The notes below the pieces were generated by a model, which made no database searches, was not told the origin of the DNA, and saw only the letters and a program-made list of their open reading frames with translations. A DNA stretch of 56,149 bases, counting the filler, from Sphacelaria rigidula (lineage: Eukaryota), in NCBI GenBank assembly GCA_964200075.2. It is 5 parts of 5 records of this genome, joined end to end, with 100 filler letters (N's around TTAATTAATTAA, not from the genome) between each part and the next. Parts side by side here need not be neighbours in the genome. Positions count along the whole stretch, not along the records: positions 1 to 11,152 come from CAXNAA020005320.1; positions 11,253 to 22,404 come from CAXNAA020005321.1; 3 more parts are not named here. One strand, given 5' to 3'. The translations under genes and the position numbers were made by a program. Numbering within the stretch: position 1 is the first letter of the stretch; each line of letters starts with the position of its first letter. Below, in pieces: positions 1 to 11,710 of the stretch.

Positions 1-320
1 GGCCCGAAGCCTACTGATTATCTTGCATTTGGATGACAGCCTCCGATGAGTTGCTTCGTTGTCTGGTATTGCCACTTCCTGAGAGAGTCACGGCTTACAC
101 ACTGCCTCATGGGTGTCTCATCATTTACACACTACGTGGTACGATCATCCCCATTGTACGGAGTTGAGGTTCTCCCACATCGCACAACACGATCTAGCTC
201 GACTACCATCATGGTCACCGCAAAAAACCTCAAGCGCGGAAAACAAAAACGGTAACCTGGTCGCATAGCTTATGCAGTTAGTGGCGTGTTTTACAGCGTC
301 ATCGCCAACCGACGCCAACC
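1..320 (+). repeat. Dispersed repeat, diverged second copy at ~46765-47070
   Basis: Collinear shared motifs: TACTGAT.ATCTTGCAT, GATGACAGCCTC, GGAGTTGAGGTTCTC, GCCAACCGACGCCAA. Confidence 0.8.
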
Positions 321-418
321 CCATCGGGGGTCCGTCCCTACAAAGCTGGAACGGAGCATGCCGGGTTCTCGCCGGACCAGGCTGGGAGGGGGTGGGGAGG
401 GGGGTGCGGGGGGGGTAT

Positions 419-896
419 AGCGCACCCAGAGAGCCGTTCAGCCTGCGGGGTCACAAAAGTCAGCCAATGAGACACCCGCCCAACAAAACAAGAGCGGCCA
501 CATACGCCAAGCGATCAAAATGTGTGCAAGCTCACAGAACGGCGGCGAATGCCAAAAATCTATCCCCCACCATACTTCCCTCTACCCTCATGACAACTCC
601 TGCCCCTTCCCGTACGACAAGAAACACACACCCAATTGGCTCATCTACGCCCGCGTTAAACAAAATATCCCCCCTCCCCATTTGCCGTGCCCCTCAGTCC
701 CTTTTTTGTCGAGTTTATCGTTTTGTTCCATTTTTTCTTTTTGGAGGGGAAGGGGGGATCCAGCGCACCCAGGGAGTCGTTCAGCCTGCAGGGTTGCAAA
801 AGTCCGCCGATAAGACATCCGCCCAACACAACAAGAGAGTCAACATACGGCAAGCGATCAAAATGCGTACAAGCGATCAAAGCGGCGCCGAATGCC
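419..896. repeat. Diverged 135-bp direct repeat (419-553 and 762-896)
   Basis: AGCGCACCCAG...CAAGCGATCAAAATG...CGAATGCC occurs twice, 343 bp apart. Each copy follows a G-rich run. Confidence 0.85.
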
Positions 897-3229
897 GTCA
901 ACCAGTAAGATATTGACCGCTGTCGATTGACCCTTTCGGAAGTGCCTTGTCACGTCTCCGGGACAGACACCTCATCATGTACGGGTTGGGGGAACGTGGG
1001 ACCTTAAACATCAGCTGGATGCAGAGGAAATCATAAGATTCGCGCACAAAGCATCCCGTCACAAGTCAATTCCGCCGTCCAAAGGTGAAGCTATTGTGCT
1101 GTTCGTCGTCCGCCGGTCAGCAGACCCGCATTTCACATGTATGAGATATGAGGGCTCGAGCTTTCTAGTACAACACGTCACATTTCCAAATGAGCCTTGA
1201 CACGACAACCAAGTCATATACCGTAGATCACATATCATGGCACGCAACGTCACGTAGGATTTTCTGCCATGCACGAGGCATGGAAACAATGAGCAGTGAC
1301 TCAGCAAGTGCCTCTCTCTTTCCGCATTTGCATCGCACCACGAATATACTATGCTGTTCACGTCGCCGTCTCCCATCACATGCACCGCTAAAAGAGGCCT
1401 GTCCTCTGCTTTCCACACACACATTGCCATGGGCGAATTCGTGAGTCAGCCACTCGTGGGTTTCAGGTCCGAGGTATTCTTACTGTCTTGGGTTTTGGTC
1501 GATAGTTCAGGCAAATCATGTGGTTACTCATGCATCGACCCTGGCGTGACAAAGAGAAGTACAGGGAAGAAGTAACTTCTGATAGAAAGCAGTATTGGCA
1601 TGTCAGCAACAGAACCCGACAAGTTTATTTTTTTCCCCGACCGCCGTTGTTCTCTGACTCCATTTCAAAACACGAAAGAGCTGGATGACACAAAACACCA
1701 CGTATCACGACTGCTTCAGTATGACATCATTTGGGGGCTTTATTTTTTATCGGCCTTGACCAAGGTGTGTGTTGCTACTGCTGGGTCCTCGCTCGAAGAA
1801 AACTAATCGTGCACGGCCTGCACTGCTGTATACTGGGCCCATGCTACCACACCCACGCATGTGTACGAATCCCCTCAAAACAGCAGCCGTAGAGGACAGA
1901 GCAGATCTTGCTGCGTCTTAGCGGGCTCGAGGATCCGTAGTCGGCCGAAAGTGACAACAAAAATATGGAGAGATGTCGACCATGCCTCTGTATAAATAGC
2001 CGAAGTTCATCGATCAGTATTGAGCGGCTTCAACATCCAATGAGATGGCATGATAAGAATCGTGCATCTAGCTGCACCGAGTTCTCGTCGCCAATAAAAC
2101 ACAGGCACAGTTCACGTAAACCCATGGGCGATAACAACATAAGAAAGGTGTCCATACATAAACCTCGTTGTCAGTTTGTCACCCCTACCATGTAGCCACA
2201 CACATCGCTGATCTGGTATTTTGCGAGCGTCTCTTACCGTCAGAAGATGCAATCCAAGAAAGTCACCGCGCTACTCTCAACGGAAAGCTCCGGCAGAGCT
2301 GAACATAAGCGGAAAGCTATCGAACGACGGAACTCACACGGCGGCAAGCCCCTCAGGCGCCTGCTTTGCCTGCAGCCCTGGGCAGTACCTGTACGCCCGG
2401 CACCCTTCCGCTTCTCTCGCCCTCGACCCCGCGCACCCCCGGCTCGTCTACCGCCCGTCCTTTCGCCCACTGCCTGCCCCTCGTCCGCACCCCCACCCCC
2501 CTCGCCCCCTCCCGCCGCATCGTCCCGGGTGTGCACCTCTACAGTGTCTGTGTGGTTTGCGGCGCACGCCTGACAACAAACGGCGGAGCATAGGCCGAAC
2601 AGGTGGACGATAGGGATGTAAGGGGTACCAAGTATAACGCAAGAATTTGCGCACGAAGCCGTTCGATCGTGAAGTGCTACAAGTCGGAGAGGACACTACG
2701 GTAGACTGTACGCTTCTACTGCGTTGCCTTTTTTGATGACGAGAATGTCCCGTACAGCGATGAAGAGCCACAAAAAACAGAAAAAGAGCCCACGCGTACG
2801 TGAGGCGGCATCTTGCATGTTGCCGGGATAAAGGACAGCTGTTCGGCAGCTTAGATCTTACACTTCGAGCATGAGCGTCCGTCGGGGACCTTACTTTCAT
2901 CTTCGGCGCCCTGCGGGTTGGAAAGCAAAATAACGCGTTGTCTCTCACACAGTTGGACACTACCCGATCCTCTAGCGCATTGTTGGGCAGCCTACCAAAA
3001 TAGCTCTTGCACACAACGACGCGATGGACTGTGCCTGGAAATCAGTCGGCCCGCGAAGGCTTCGTTCTTATCGGTTGCCCACATCGCAAGTCCTCTGGAG
3101 TCGAAGGGGCACAAATGATCACCGTTTACCGCTCTAGTTTGTGCTTTTCCACCGCGAACCAGGTCACGTCAACAATATTTTTATTCTCAGGTAGTGGGGG
3201 GGGCGCCCCGCAGTCGAATCCCGGATTTT

Positions 3230-3310
3230 CATTGATTGATCGGTTGTGATTGATTGATTGTCGCACTTTCACTTGCCCCAAGGGATCCATCCAGCCGTGG
3301 TCATATGATA
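3230..3310 (-). mobile_element. Short 3'-end fragment of the RTE-type LINE family
   Basis: (GATT)n tail followed by TGTCGCACTT...CCAGCCGTGGTC, matching the LINE 3' end at 51165-51240. Confidence 0.7.
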
Positions 3311-3821
3311 TTCGGCTAGTTCATCGCCGGGGTCGCTCAATATTCTCCACGGATCCGCAGATACTCAAGGCGACACGCGCAACCACATACTTCCTCCGTC
3401 CCATAAGTGATGCGTATGTTAGCACGGGCTTTCATCGTGTCCGATATTCTAGGCGATCATATATTCAAGATCTTTGGCATTTCTTTACGTGGAAACCCGT
3501 GTTTTCTTGTTCGCTCACTGCTACCCTTCGTGGGCGAATTTGGCAACGAGAACAAAAAACAGCCGGTCCGAAAATTGCCATATTTCGAAAACATTTAATC
3601 CCCCACTTCCCCCCCCAAAAAAGAAACAAACTGATGAATCGAGAAAAAAGTATGATCAAAAACATGTATGTGTACTTCCATAGTTTTCAGCCTTCTCCGT
3701 GCATCGACGCTGAGCTCGACCCCCTCAAATGGTACACAGCAGCGTGATAACCTGCATCCAGCATTCACACGCCGAAATTCCGCCAAAATATTTTCAGTTA
3801 TGAGCATCTAAATATCCTAAA

Positions 3822-6800
3822 TCACCTATGGGACAGAGGAAGTACACACACAGCAGACCAAGCGCCGACAAGTGACGCCCGAAGCCTGGAAATCAAAGGA
3901 TTCGAGAGGCAAGTACGACTTGCACAGCGGGAACAGCAGCGCGGTGATAGATCAAGCGCTCGTGTACAATGTGTGGGACCCATTCGAGTACGCACCCGTC
4001 CTGCCGCCCCGTGCGTGTTCTCGCACGGAGATTGCTGCCTCCTCTCCGTTTGCTGCCTCCTCTCCGTCAAATCTCCGTTTGCTGTGTGCTCTCGACGATG
4101 CTGCTGCTGCACCTGCCGCACCCGGCCTTTTGCGAATCACCCGCTTCGAGCCCTCCCTCCTGACGACACTGCTTTCCTGCTTCGCTCGCTTTGAGCTCGG
4201 TGCGTTCTCCCCTTCTTGCGACGCCCGTCTCTTTCGGGGCGCGTTCCTCAAATCAAGCGCTCGACCCCCCGATGATAACAGGAGTGTAGCACCGTCGGCC
4301 ACTACCGAGGTCTCGATGCTAGAGCACAGTCTCTCGCCCTAGAGTGTTGACTCTTCGGAATCGGTGCCGTCTGCTCCCGCCGCCGCCGGGTCCAACCGCA
4401 TCGGTCTGTTGGCTGCGGCCCCGTCCTCGCTGCTGCAGCTAAGGAATCCGTCGTCTCCCGAATCAGCGCGGTCCCTACCCTCCGCTGGGCCCAAAGGAGA
4501 AGCTCCGGCGGCTCCCGCCCAGTCCTCGTCGCTGTAGCAAAGACTGTCATCTACCCCGAGAGGATCTCCGGCACAATATGGTCCTTTCCCGCCGAGTCTG
4601 AGGGTGTAGCCCCATGGGCTGCCGGCCAAGTCTCGGTACTGCCGCACAATCTCTCGCCTTTGAGCGACGACTCTTCGAAATCGGCGCCGTCTGCTCCCGC
4701 CGCCGCCGGGTCCAATGCCGTAGGTCTGTTGGCTGCAGCCCCGTCCTCGCTGCTGCAGCTGAAGTATCGTTCGTCTTCCGAACCGGCGCGGTCCCTTCCC
4801 TTCGCCGGGCCCAAAGGAGAAGCTCCGGCGGCTCCCGCCCAGTCCTCGTCGCCGTAGCAAAGACTGTCGTCGACCCCGGGTGAATCCCCCGCACTAGTGT
4901 GGTCCTTTCCCGCCGGGTCTGAGGGTGTAGTCCCACGGGCTGTCGGCCAAGTCTCGCTACTGTCGCACAATCTCTCTCCTTTGAGCGACGCCTCCTCGGA
5001 ACAGGGGCAGTTCGCTCCTTCAGCTGGGCCCAGCGACCCCGCTCCGTCGGCTCTCATGCTGTCCTCGACCTGCATCACGGTTGCACCGCTACCCTTCAGG
5101 CGCTCTGCGGTGACTTTGTTGGCCTTGTGGTACGTGGATTCGCACCACTTCTAAAATAAACGCAAACATGTCGGTGGACGAGATGACAGAAGAAAGTAGC
5201 GCACGTTTGAGTCGTCGTCAAAAATGCGTATCAAGCGCCACAGTTAGCTTGATATGAGATATGAACCTAAATATCCACAGGCATATATTCACAAGTGTAT
5301 GTCAGAAAATGCCCTGCTGTACCACAACGGCACACCTCATGCCGCCGATACATTCTAAATAGTACGAGTCGACAACGTATGGAACGACATTGATGTCTGA
5401 GATTTCACGCATCGAAATGTGCCATGGAGCCGGGACATGACCGAACCCTGGTGTAAGTTGGAGGCACAGTGGCGTTGAGCCATCCTCTCGAAGCGATATG
5501 CCGGCGAACAAGGGCCAAAGCAACACTTCAAGAGCGTGTCAACCATGCTCAACCGAAGTGGCTACATCGCGAAAAATCCTGTCGAGGTGAGTCGCGAAAA
5601 AAGACCACCCAACGTGACATCATCGCCCAAAGACTTGCACGAGTTGAATTATCGCCTCAAGTGGTCCGATATACCGGTAGGACTGATCAATTTTGCCCTC
5701 CTTCCCTCCGATGAAACAATACACCCAAGTACCGATATCTTTCCGATGCAAAAGTACGGTATAATCCATGATGCTTCGGAACATTTCGATGCATCGATGG
5801 AGTATATCTCGGTACATCGACACATTCATCATACCGACATGTGCCGATATGTGCCGGTATCTCGTACAAGTTATCATTGATCGGCCCTGGCAACCTCACA
5901 TATCTCATACCACAGTAGGAATCGCGTCGTACTGTGAACGGACACGCAGACACGCCCAACAAAATTAATTGCAGCTGGACGTCTACTCCATGATTCATAA
6001 CAAGTAGCGCAAGACGCGTCGATAATGATGGACAGAACAGTGGCCCACGCCTGGCGGCAGAGTGCGACAGCGGGGGTCTGACTCAACTTTTACCAAATCA
6101 CGCTAACGTCTCTCATAGCGCGACAACATCGGTTTCCGAGTCACTGCGTGAACGAAGTACAACGAGTGTGTCCATTACCGTGCCCACCTTATAAATGTGG
6201 CAACCGACCACATCCGTAAGGGTCCAGCGGTCCTTCCACGTCTCCGCTACCAGGTGCGAAACAAGCTTGAAGAGACCTGCCCCAGCGATGATCAGCGATT
6301 GACAGACGTTTGGAACGGTTAACAGGGGTGCCAGGCACGACGGCAAAGGGTAACAGCGGAGGAATCCTCAATCAGGCGCAAAACCATGCTGTCAATGTCC
6401 CCCCGCGACAATTAATGTCGACCGTATTTAACGAGCTCTAGTCGTAGCACTAGTAACAGTAGTGTTCAGAGATAACACCCTGGAGTGCCTTCTTAGCCAA
6501 GCCGGCCCGATCAAAGCCATACAGGGTGTGTATGACAATGAGCACAGCCTAGGGTTCAAGATTCATGCTCAACGGAGTCTGCTCCATTCTGCCATGGGTC
6601 AACGCCAACTTGTCACCAAGTAACGAGGCGCTCTGGAAATCGTACGGCCGTCTCACTTCGGTCGGCCGGGGCTATGTTGTCCCTCAGCCCTCCCTTGAGC
6701 CCATTTTTTCCACCCTCTACCTCCCAGCCCGCCCACCGAGCTACTTCCATGGCCCACGCGTAAGAATCGGTCATCCACCCGTCCACGGAGACGATCGGGT

Positions 6801-8015
6801 GTCCTTTGAGACCGGTGCGCTTGCCAACCTCCAACAGCAGGCTCTTCAGCGACGACGAAGGAATCAAGAGTTACAGTGAATGGTACAGTACCCGGAAAAT
6901 AAAGGACGGCTTATCGCTAGGGCGAGAAGTATGCATGTCCAAGCGCGACCTTGAACGATAGAGTTCCACACGCGGCCACGACAACACAACAGAGTGTCTA
7001 CATCACCGTACAACGCAAATAACAGTCACGAAAACGAATCGGCACTTCGGAATCTGTTTGTTGCACCCGGGGCAACGGCACGGTCTGTACCACCATTGCA
7101 ATGCTACTATTGTAGTGATATGCTCCCGAAGGCCCCTTCCCACCCTGTCTTCCTGCGCGCCATCAACGCTTCGTTCAACAAGAAATCGCAGACCAAGTAT
7201 CATCATGAAAACTACATGCCGTCAACAAAACCTCAACGTCCGAGGAGCTCTTTAGCGGCGGTGACACACACACGTGCGGGTGATAGATCACTTGCTTTAC
7301 CATGTTGTGTCTGCTTCCTCCTGCAGGGACCGACCGTACTGCTCCGGAATGCAATGTAGTGTGTACTCTACTGAATAATATTTGGGGACACTCACAATGG
7401 TGGGGTCCGCATTCACCCCGGTGTAGAAGTCTGGCAGGGAGAAATAGCCGTTCGCCTGCATAGTGGGGGGTGGGTGAGGATACGTGCACAAGACGGCGGT
7501 ATATCAAGCATCGACGGTGATGGGCTGGGGGACACCGCGATGGCACGGAAGTCTACTGCAAGAGACGCGATCGCTTACTTCGCAGTAACAGCTATTTCCG
7601 GATATTATCACTTCAGGCGGTGTTTTATCGAGACAGGTGAAATCTGTTTGCAAAAGCAGTTCGCAAATAGATTTTCCTTCATAATAATCAAGCAAAGTGG
7701 AGTCTTGTCGGGAAAATATGCTTGTGTCCAGATGCAAGCCAGATCTGCAAAGAATTTCGAAGATACAGTGGTTCATGCGCTGGCCGTTGCTCCAAAAATA
7801 CATTTGCACTCGTGCAATGGGTGCGAAACGGAAGCACGGCATCCACAAACCAAACCCGGGAAAGAACGCACAGACACCCACCCGGCACATGAGCGAAATA
7901 GCTCCAGCGCTGCCTTTGCTCCCGCACACACGGCATAATTTGTTTGACGGAATGAGTGTACTGGCGGCCACACGAGTATCATTTATGAAGGGAAACGTGC
8001 CGTTGTTCACCCTTT
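3822..8015 (-). pseudogene. Decayed multi-exon gene resembling a KDZ/Zisupton-superfamily transposase
   Basis: Minus-strand exon-like blocks with stops and frameshifts, in order: LIPSNKLCRVCG (~7950), VSVPKYYSVEYTLHC..QEEADTTW (~7300-7400), YLVCDFLLNEAL (~7170), LLVMNHGVDVQLQLILLG..RSQYDAI (~5920-6010), GDNSTRASLWAMMSRWVVFF (~5600-5655), MVDTLLKCCFGPCSPAYRF (~5490-5550), then a long acidic exon from 5150. The family call is a by-eye motif match. Confidence 0.45.
4325..5002 (-). repeat. Coding-type tandem repeat, ~321-bp (107-codon) unit, about 2.1 copies
   Basis: The CTCTC(G/T)CC anchor lies at 4331, 4651 and 4972 (periods 320 and 321). The minus strand encodes the repeated VDDSLCY.DEDWAGAAGASPLGPA...EESSL.GERLC. 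Confidence 0.9.
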
Positions 8016-8769
8016 GAACGACGATTTTCGCCGCACCTCAGACACAATTCATCGTTTTACTTCGAGTTTTCACATGTTCGACCAAAGGAAACAACACCGT
8101 GTGCTCAGGTAGTCAACCGCAACGGCTCCCAAGTGGTAAATTATTGTTTAGCTCTCAGGTTCACGGGTGGTTGTGTAGACTTCACAGCCTGGACAATAGA
8201 TGTCGTCCATTGCAAGAGGAAAAAGAATGCCGCAATACACGCCAATAGTGACATCACGTCTGTAATAGCTATCTATCGACACGTCTCTCTGTCTATTGTC
8301 GTAGGTAATGCCTACCCATAAACCCCTTCCCCACACTATTTCCCGGGCAGCAGTCTATTTTGGCCCGCCGACGACGAAATATGCCGAAATCTAACTTTCC
8401 AAATCTGTTCATGAACGCAATGGCTATTGATGTACTGTGTATCAAATACATCGATGGAAAGCAATGACTATGATAGATTGCGTAAAAAATATGCTCGTGA
8501 TGGCAATGGCCATCGATAGATACATATCAAGATCTTACGTGATATATAACGCCTATCGATATGTATATCCTCTGTCTTGTATTGCAACACCTACGGTGCT
8601 CTATACTGTGCATGGGGCAAATACTCCATTGAACTACGGTCGAGAGGCCGCAGTTGAACATGCCGTAGGTACATGATATATTATCACTGTGAAAAAATGA
8701 CCTCACGATTCTACAAATCCGGAACGGTGGTATGCTGTAGAAACCCGCGATATACGTGGCCAGAGGTGT

Positions 8770-9370
8770 ACGATTTTTGTTGTTGGAGTGGTGTTGGTAC
8801 TCAGGGTTCTCCGTCTGATGGACAAGAGCGCGTAGAGTACTTTGGCGTGTGGGTGAGATGTTCTTACCTACCCTGGACAACAGACTGTATACTACAACAT
8901 TGCCGCCATCAAAGTCCCGAAATGTGATTATCGATATCCTTTGTCAGCGACAATCGACTGGCATCACTGTCTATCGATAGCTATTGTAGGCGACAATAGA
9001 TTCGGGACAAGGGACAGAATGTATAATTGTCGTGATATTGGAGTGGCCGAGTCGTCAACTGATCTATGTTACTTGTTGCAATAGGCTCTGTATTCGGCTG
9101 ACAATGTATATGGCTCATCACAGTAGGATCTGATATTGCTGGTCACAAAAGCGTCTAAATCGCTCCTACCAAAATTTACTGCTAGTCACAATGGGATCTG
9201 AATTACGGTCACGATCGTGTATCGCTGGCCACAATGAATAGGAGCTGAATCGCGGTCACCAATACATGTTGGTGGCCACAATAGGAGCTGAGCTGAATGG
9301 CGTCGATGAATAGCTATTTATACACATTTTTCGGTGGATGTTTCCACCTTCCACATATAGGCTGGGCCAG
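8770..9370 (+). repeat. MITE-like repeat family, homologous to ~24510-25120
   Basis: Shared TACCCTGGACAA, AATCGACTGGCATCA and CTATCGATAGCTATTGTAGGCGA blocks. Confidence 0.8.
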
Positions 9371-9394
9371 CCTAGAAGCGGATTTGCAGTTTGC

Positions 9395-9536
9395 AGGCGA
9401 ATTCGCAATTTTTTACTCAGAGTTGGACAGTGAAAATTTGGTATGGACAATCAACAGGGCATGAAGAGAATGCCCTGTTGATTGTCCATACCAAATTTCA
9501 CTGTCCAACTCTTGGTAAAAAAGTGCAAAGTCGCCT
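9395..9536. repeat. Near-perfect 142-bp hairpin
   Basis: AGAGTTGGACAGTGAAAATTTGGTATGGACAATCAACAGGGCAT, a 7-nt loop, then its reverse complement with one bulge. The outer stem extends to AGGCGA/TCGCCT. Confidence 0.92.
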
Positions 9537-9959
9537 TTGAAAAACCGGACCGGCGAAAATTCGGAACAGTATTTTGCAGGCCGTTTATCGGCCCACGTTA
9601 GGTGTTTGTGTATTGAAACTTTGTGCGGGACCTCGCTAGGTCAAGATGACCCAGGAAAAATGGATCAAGTTGGTTATAACTTATTTCTTTCGCTGGTTTG
9701 GGGTGTTTTAGTATGGTAACGACCATTGTTTCACGATAACGCCCGAACCTCTCCCAAGAAAAAATAAATGTGAAGGCCCATTTTGTTTCAATTCATCATA
9801 CCTCTGTCGTTCTCCATGCTAAGTTTCAAATCAAAATCTCAAAAATTGAGCTTCAAAATTGAGATAAAGCCCAAGAGCGATTTTCATTTTTCCTCAAAAC
9901 TCCCCTGAAAAGACGAAAAAAAATAAGAAATAACGAAAAAAAAATACAAAGCTGATTTT

Positions 9960-10442
9960 TTCAATTTCATGATGCACTAGCGGTTCTTCATACCATATTT
10001 CACAGCACAACTCTCAAAAATCAGACGCGATATCCAGATTTAGGGCATCTAGTTGCCTCTGCTCGTAATATATTTATTTTAGTATCGAAACTTGTGTGCG
10101 CCATATTTCGAGATAGATTACGAATTGGGTGAAGGTGAGGGTATCTATCGTCTCCCCGTGCTCCAGGGAAGGTCCACACCAAAAATCGTCATCATCCGCT
10201 GAATGCATCGTTTGGGGTCGTATATAGATTTTAGTGTGGACGCTATCTCCGTACGGTACAGGGTTTACTAGACATGGGTTTTCTTCAACGAGAAAAAATT
10301 GGCCCATATTTTTGAGCAGATGGGCACCTTCCCCCTGATTAGACAATTAATACGATATGCGGATCATCGGCCAACTCGTCCATGTCGATGAGATATTGCT
10401 TTTGAAGCTTAAATCCGTTTTTAGGCTGGCCCAGCTCGTAAG
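9960..10442 (+). repeat. Dispersed non-autonomous element segment (copies at ~25875-26412 and ~35750-36160)
   Basis: CATGATGCACTAGC, TTTAGGGCATCTAG, CTCCCCGTGCTCC and GCTTAAATCCGTTT are collinear with the 25875 copy. The 35750 copy is more diverged. Confidence 0.85.
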
Positions 10443-10729
10443 CTACTGCAAGTCATCGCGTCAGGTTGTTGCGCGTGTACAGTGTGTGTTGAGAGTATTG
10501 CCGTTGACGCCGTGAAACAATCGCAGCAAGCAAGACATGTAAGTATATATTTTACTTCAAAATCTTTTGTTCGCGACATTGGCCATCGATAGATTCTCCC
10601 GACAATTACCCATGGTTGACGCCAGCGGCTATCGATAGATAGCCCTAAATTCATCGCTGGCGGCAAAGACCGACGATAGGAACATCCCAGAATCTGTTGC
10701 GGCACGAGCTGGTTCACACTCATCACTCA

Positions 10730-11090
10730 AAAAACACTCATCGGCAAACCCTCACGCCGTTTCAAGGAGATAGACCCTGAAAATTTGCACAGATATTCTA
10801 TGGGGCATCACGCAACTATTGAATGCCAGGGTTTTTTTTTACTCTTTTACTTTTTCCAGCGTTTCTCGGGGGTCCCAGTCTCTTTCGGGAAACATCGATC
10901 CAGTTGGACCCCCGTAAAACGGTAACAAAAAAATCTCCTTCATCCAAAGTTGCATAATGACCCAAAGCACAGTTGTGCAAAATTTTAGGGTCCAACTCCT
11001 CGAAACGGCTTGAGGTTTTTCGCTTTTGTGCGATGAACTTTGCCGTGCCGCGGTTAAACCGCACTTTAGTTGATTTTACCAAGGCTCCTC
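10730..11090 (-). repeat. Dispersed element segment, inverted homolog of ~33140-33375
   Basis: Translations on opposite strands nearly match (RF.RGTAKFIAQK.RKTSR.LEELDP.FLHNCA.GHYATLD). Confidence 0.85.
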
Positions 11091-11152
11091 TCGTGAACGA
11101 TTTGTCACTTCGGGAACGTTCCGTACGGGAACCAGCCACCACGGCAATGCAC

Positions 11153-11252
11153 NNNNNNNNNNNNNNNNNNNNNNNNNNNNNNNNNNNNNNNNNNNNTTAA
11201 TTAATTAANNNNNNNNNNNNNNNNNNNNNNNNNNNNNNNNNNNNNNNNNNNN
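11153..11252. other. Artificial scaffold linker (44 N + TTAATTAATTAA + 44 N)
   Basis: Exactly 100 bp. The 12-mer gives stop codons in all six frames. Confidence 0.97.
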
Positions 11253-11509
11253 GAAGATTTTAATCCTCCGGGTTCTCATCCTCAATCAAAAGCACCATCC
11301 TCAACATAGATGATTGGCTGTTTTGAGCCTCATCTCGAAGTTAAACCTCAATTCTCACAATTTGTTGCTTGATACAGATACAGCTGGTGTTAGAAACCAG
11401 GGCTTAGCACCTCACATGTAGCTTTTGCGTCGTTCCCCATCTTAATTTTCTGGAGGGAGCTACCGCGGCATCACTCAAGGGGAACGATGGTGTATAATCC
11501 TCCCTCCGC

Positions 11510-11710
11510 TTCGATAGGGGGGGTGTTCGACTCCGCGAAAACGTGGGCTCATAGGTGCGCCAGACGGCTTAACACACCCCTCTCGCGTTGTATTTCGATA
11601 TAAAACGGTGTCGAGCAGCAGCGTGAACAAGCGTTATTTATCGGGAAGAAGCGCGTTCGAATAACTGTTGCTTTCAAACGACGATTTGAAGTTGACTTCG
11701 TGAAAGAAAC
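11510..11710 (+). repeat. Dispersed repeat, diverged copy at ~16395-16600
   Basis: Shared TTCGATAGGGG, AAGCGCGTTCGAA and AACGACGATTTGA. Confidence 0.7.

Noticed and set aside
272..916. 214-aa plus-strand ORF
   Set aside because: It spans repeats and G-runs and has no domain signature.
5678..5889. hAT-like MITE inside the KDZ-like region
   Set aside because: The TIR match is only partial and there is no 8-bp TSD. It is probably an insertion but cannot be classified.
11197..11208. TTAATTAATTAA recurring every ~11.25 kb as a biological periodic signal
   Set aside because: It is always centred in N runs, so it is an assembly linker.
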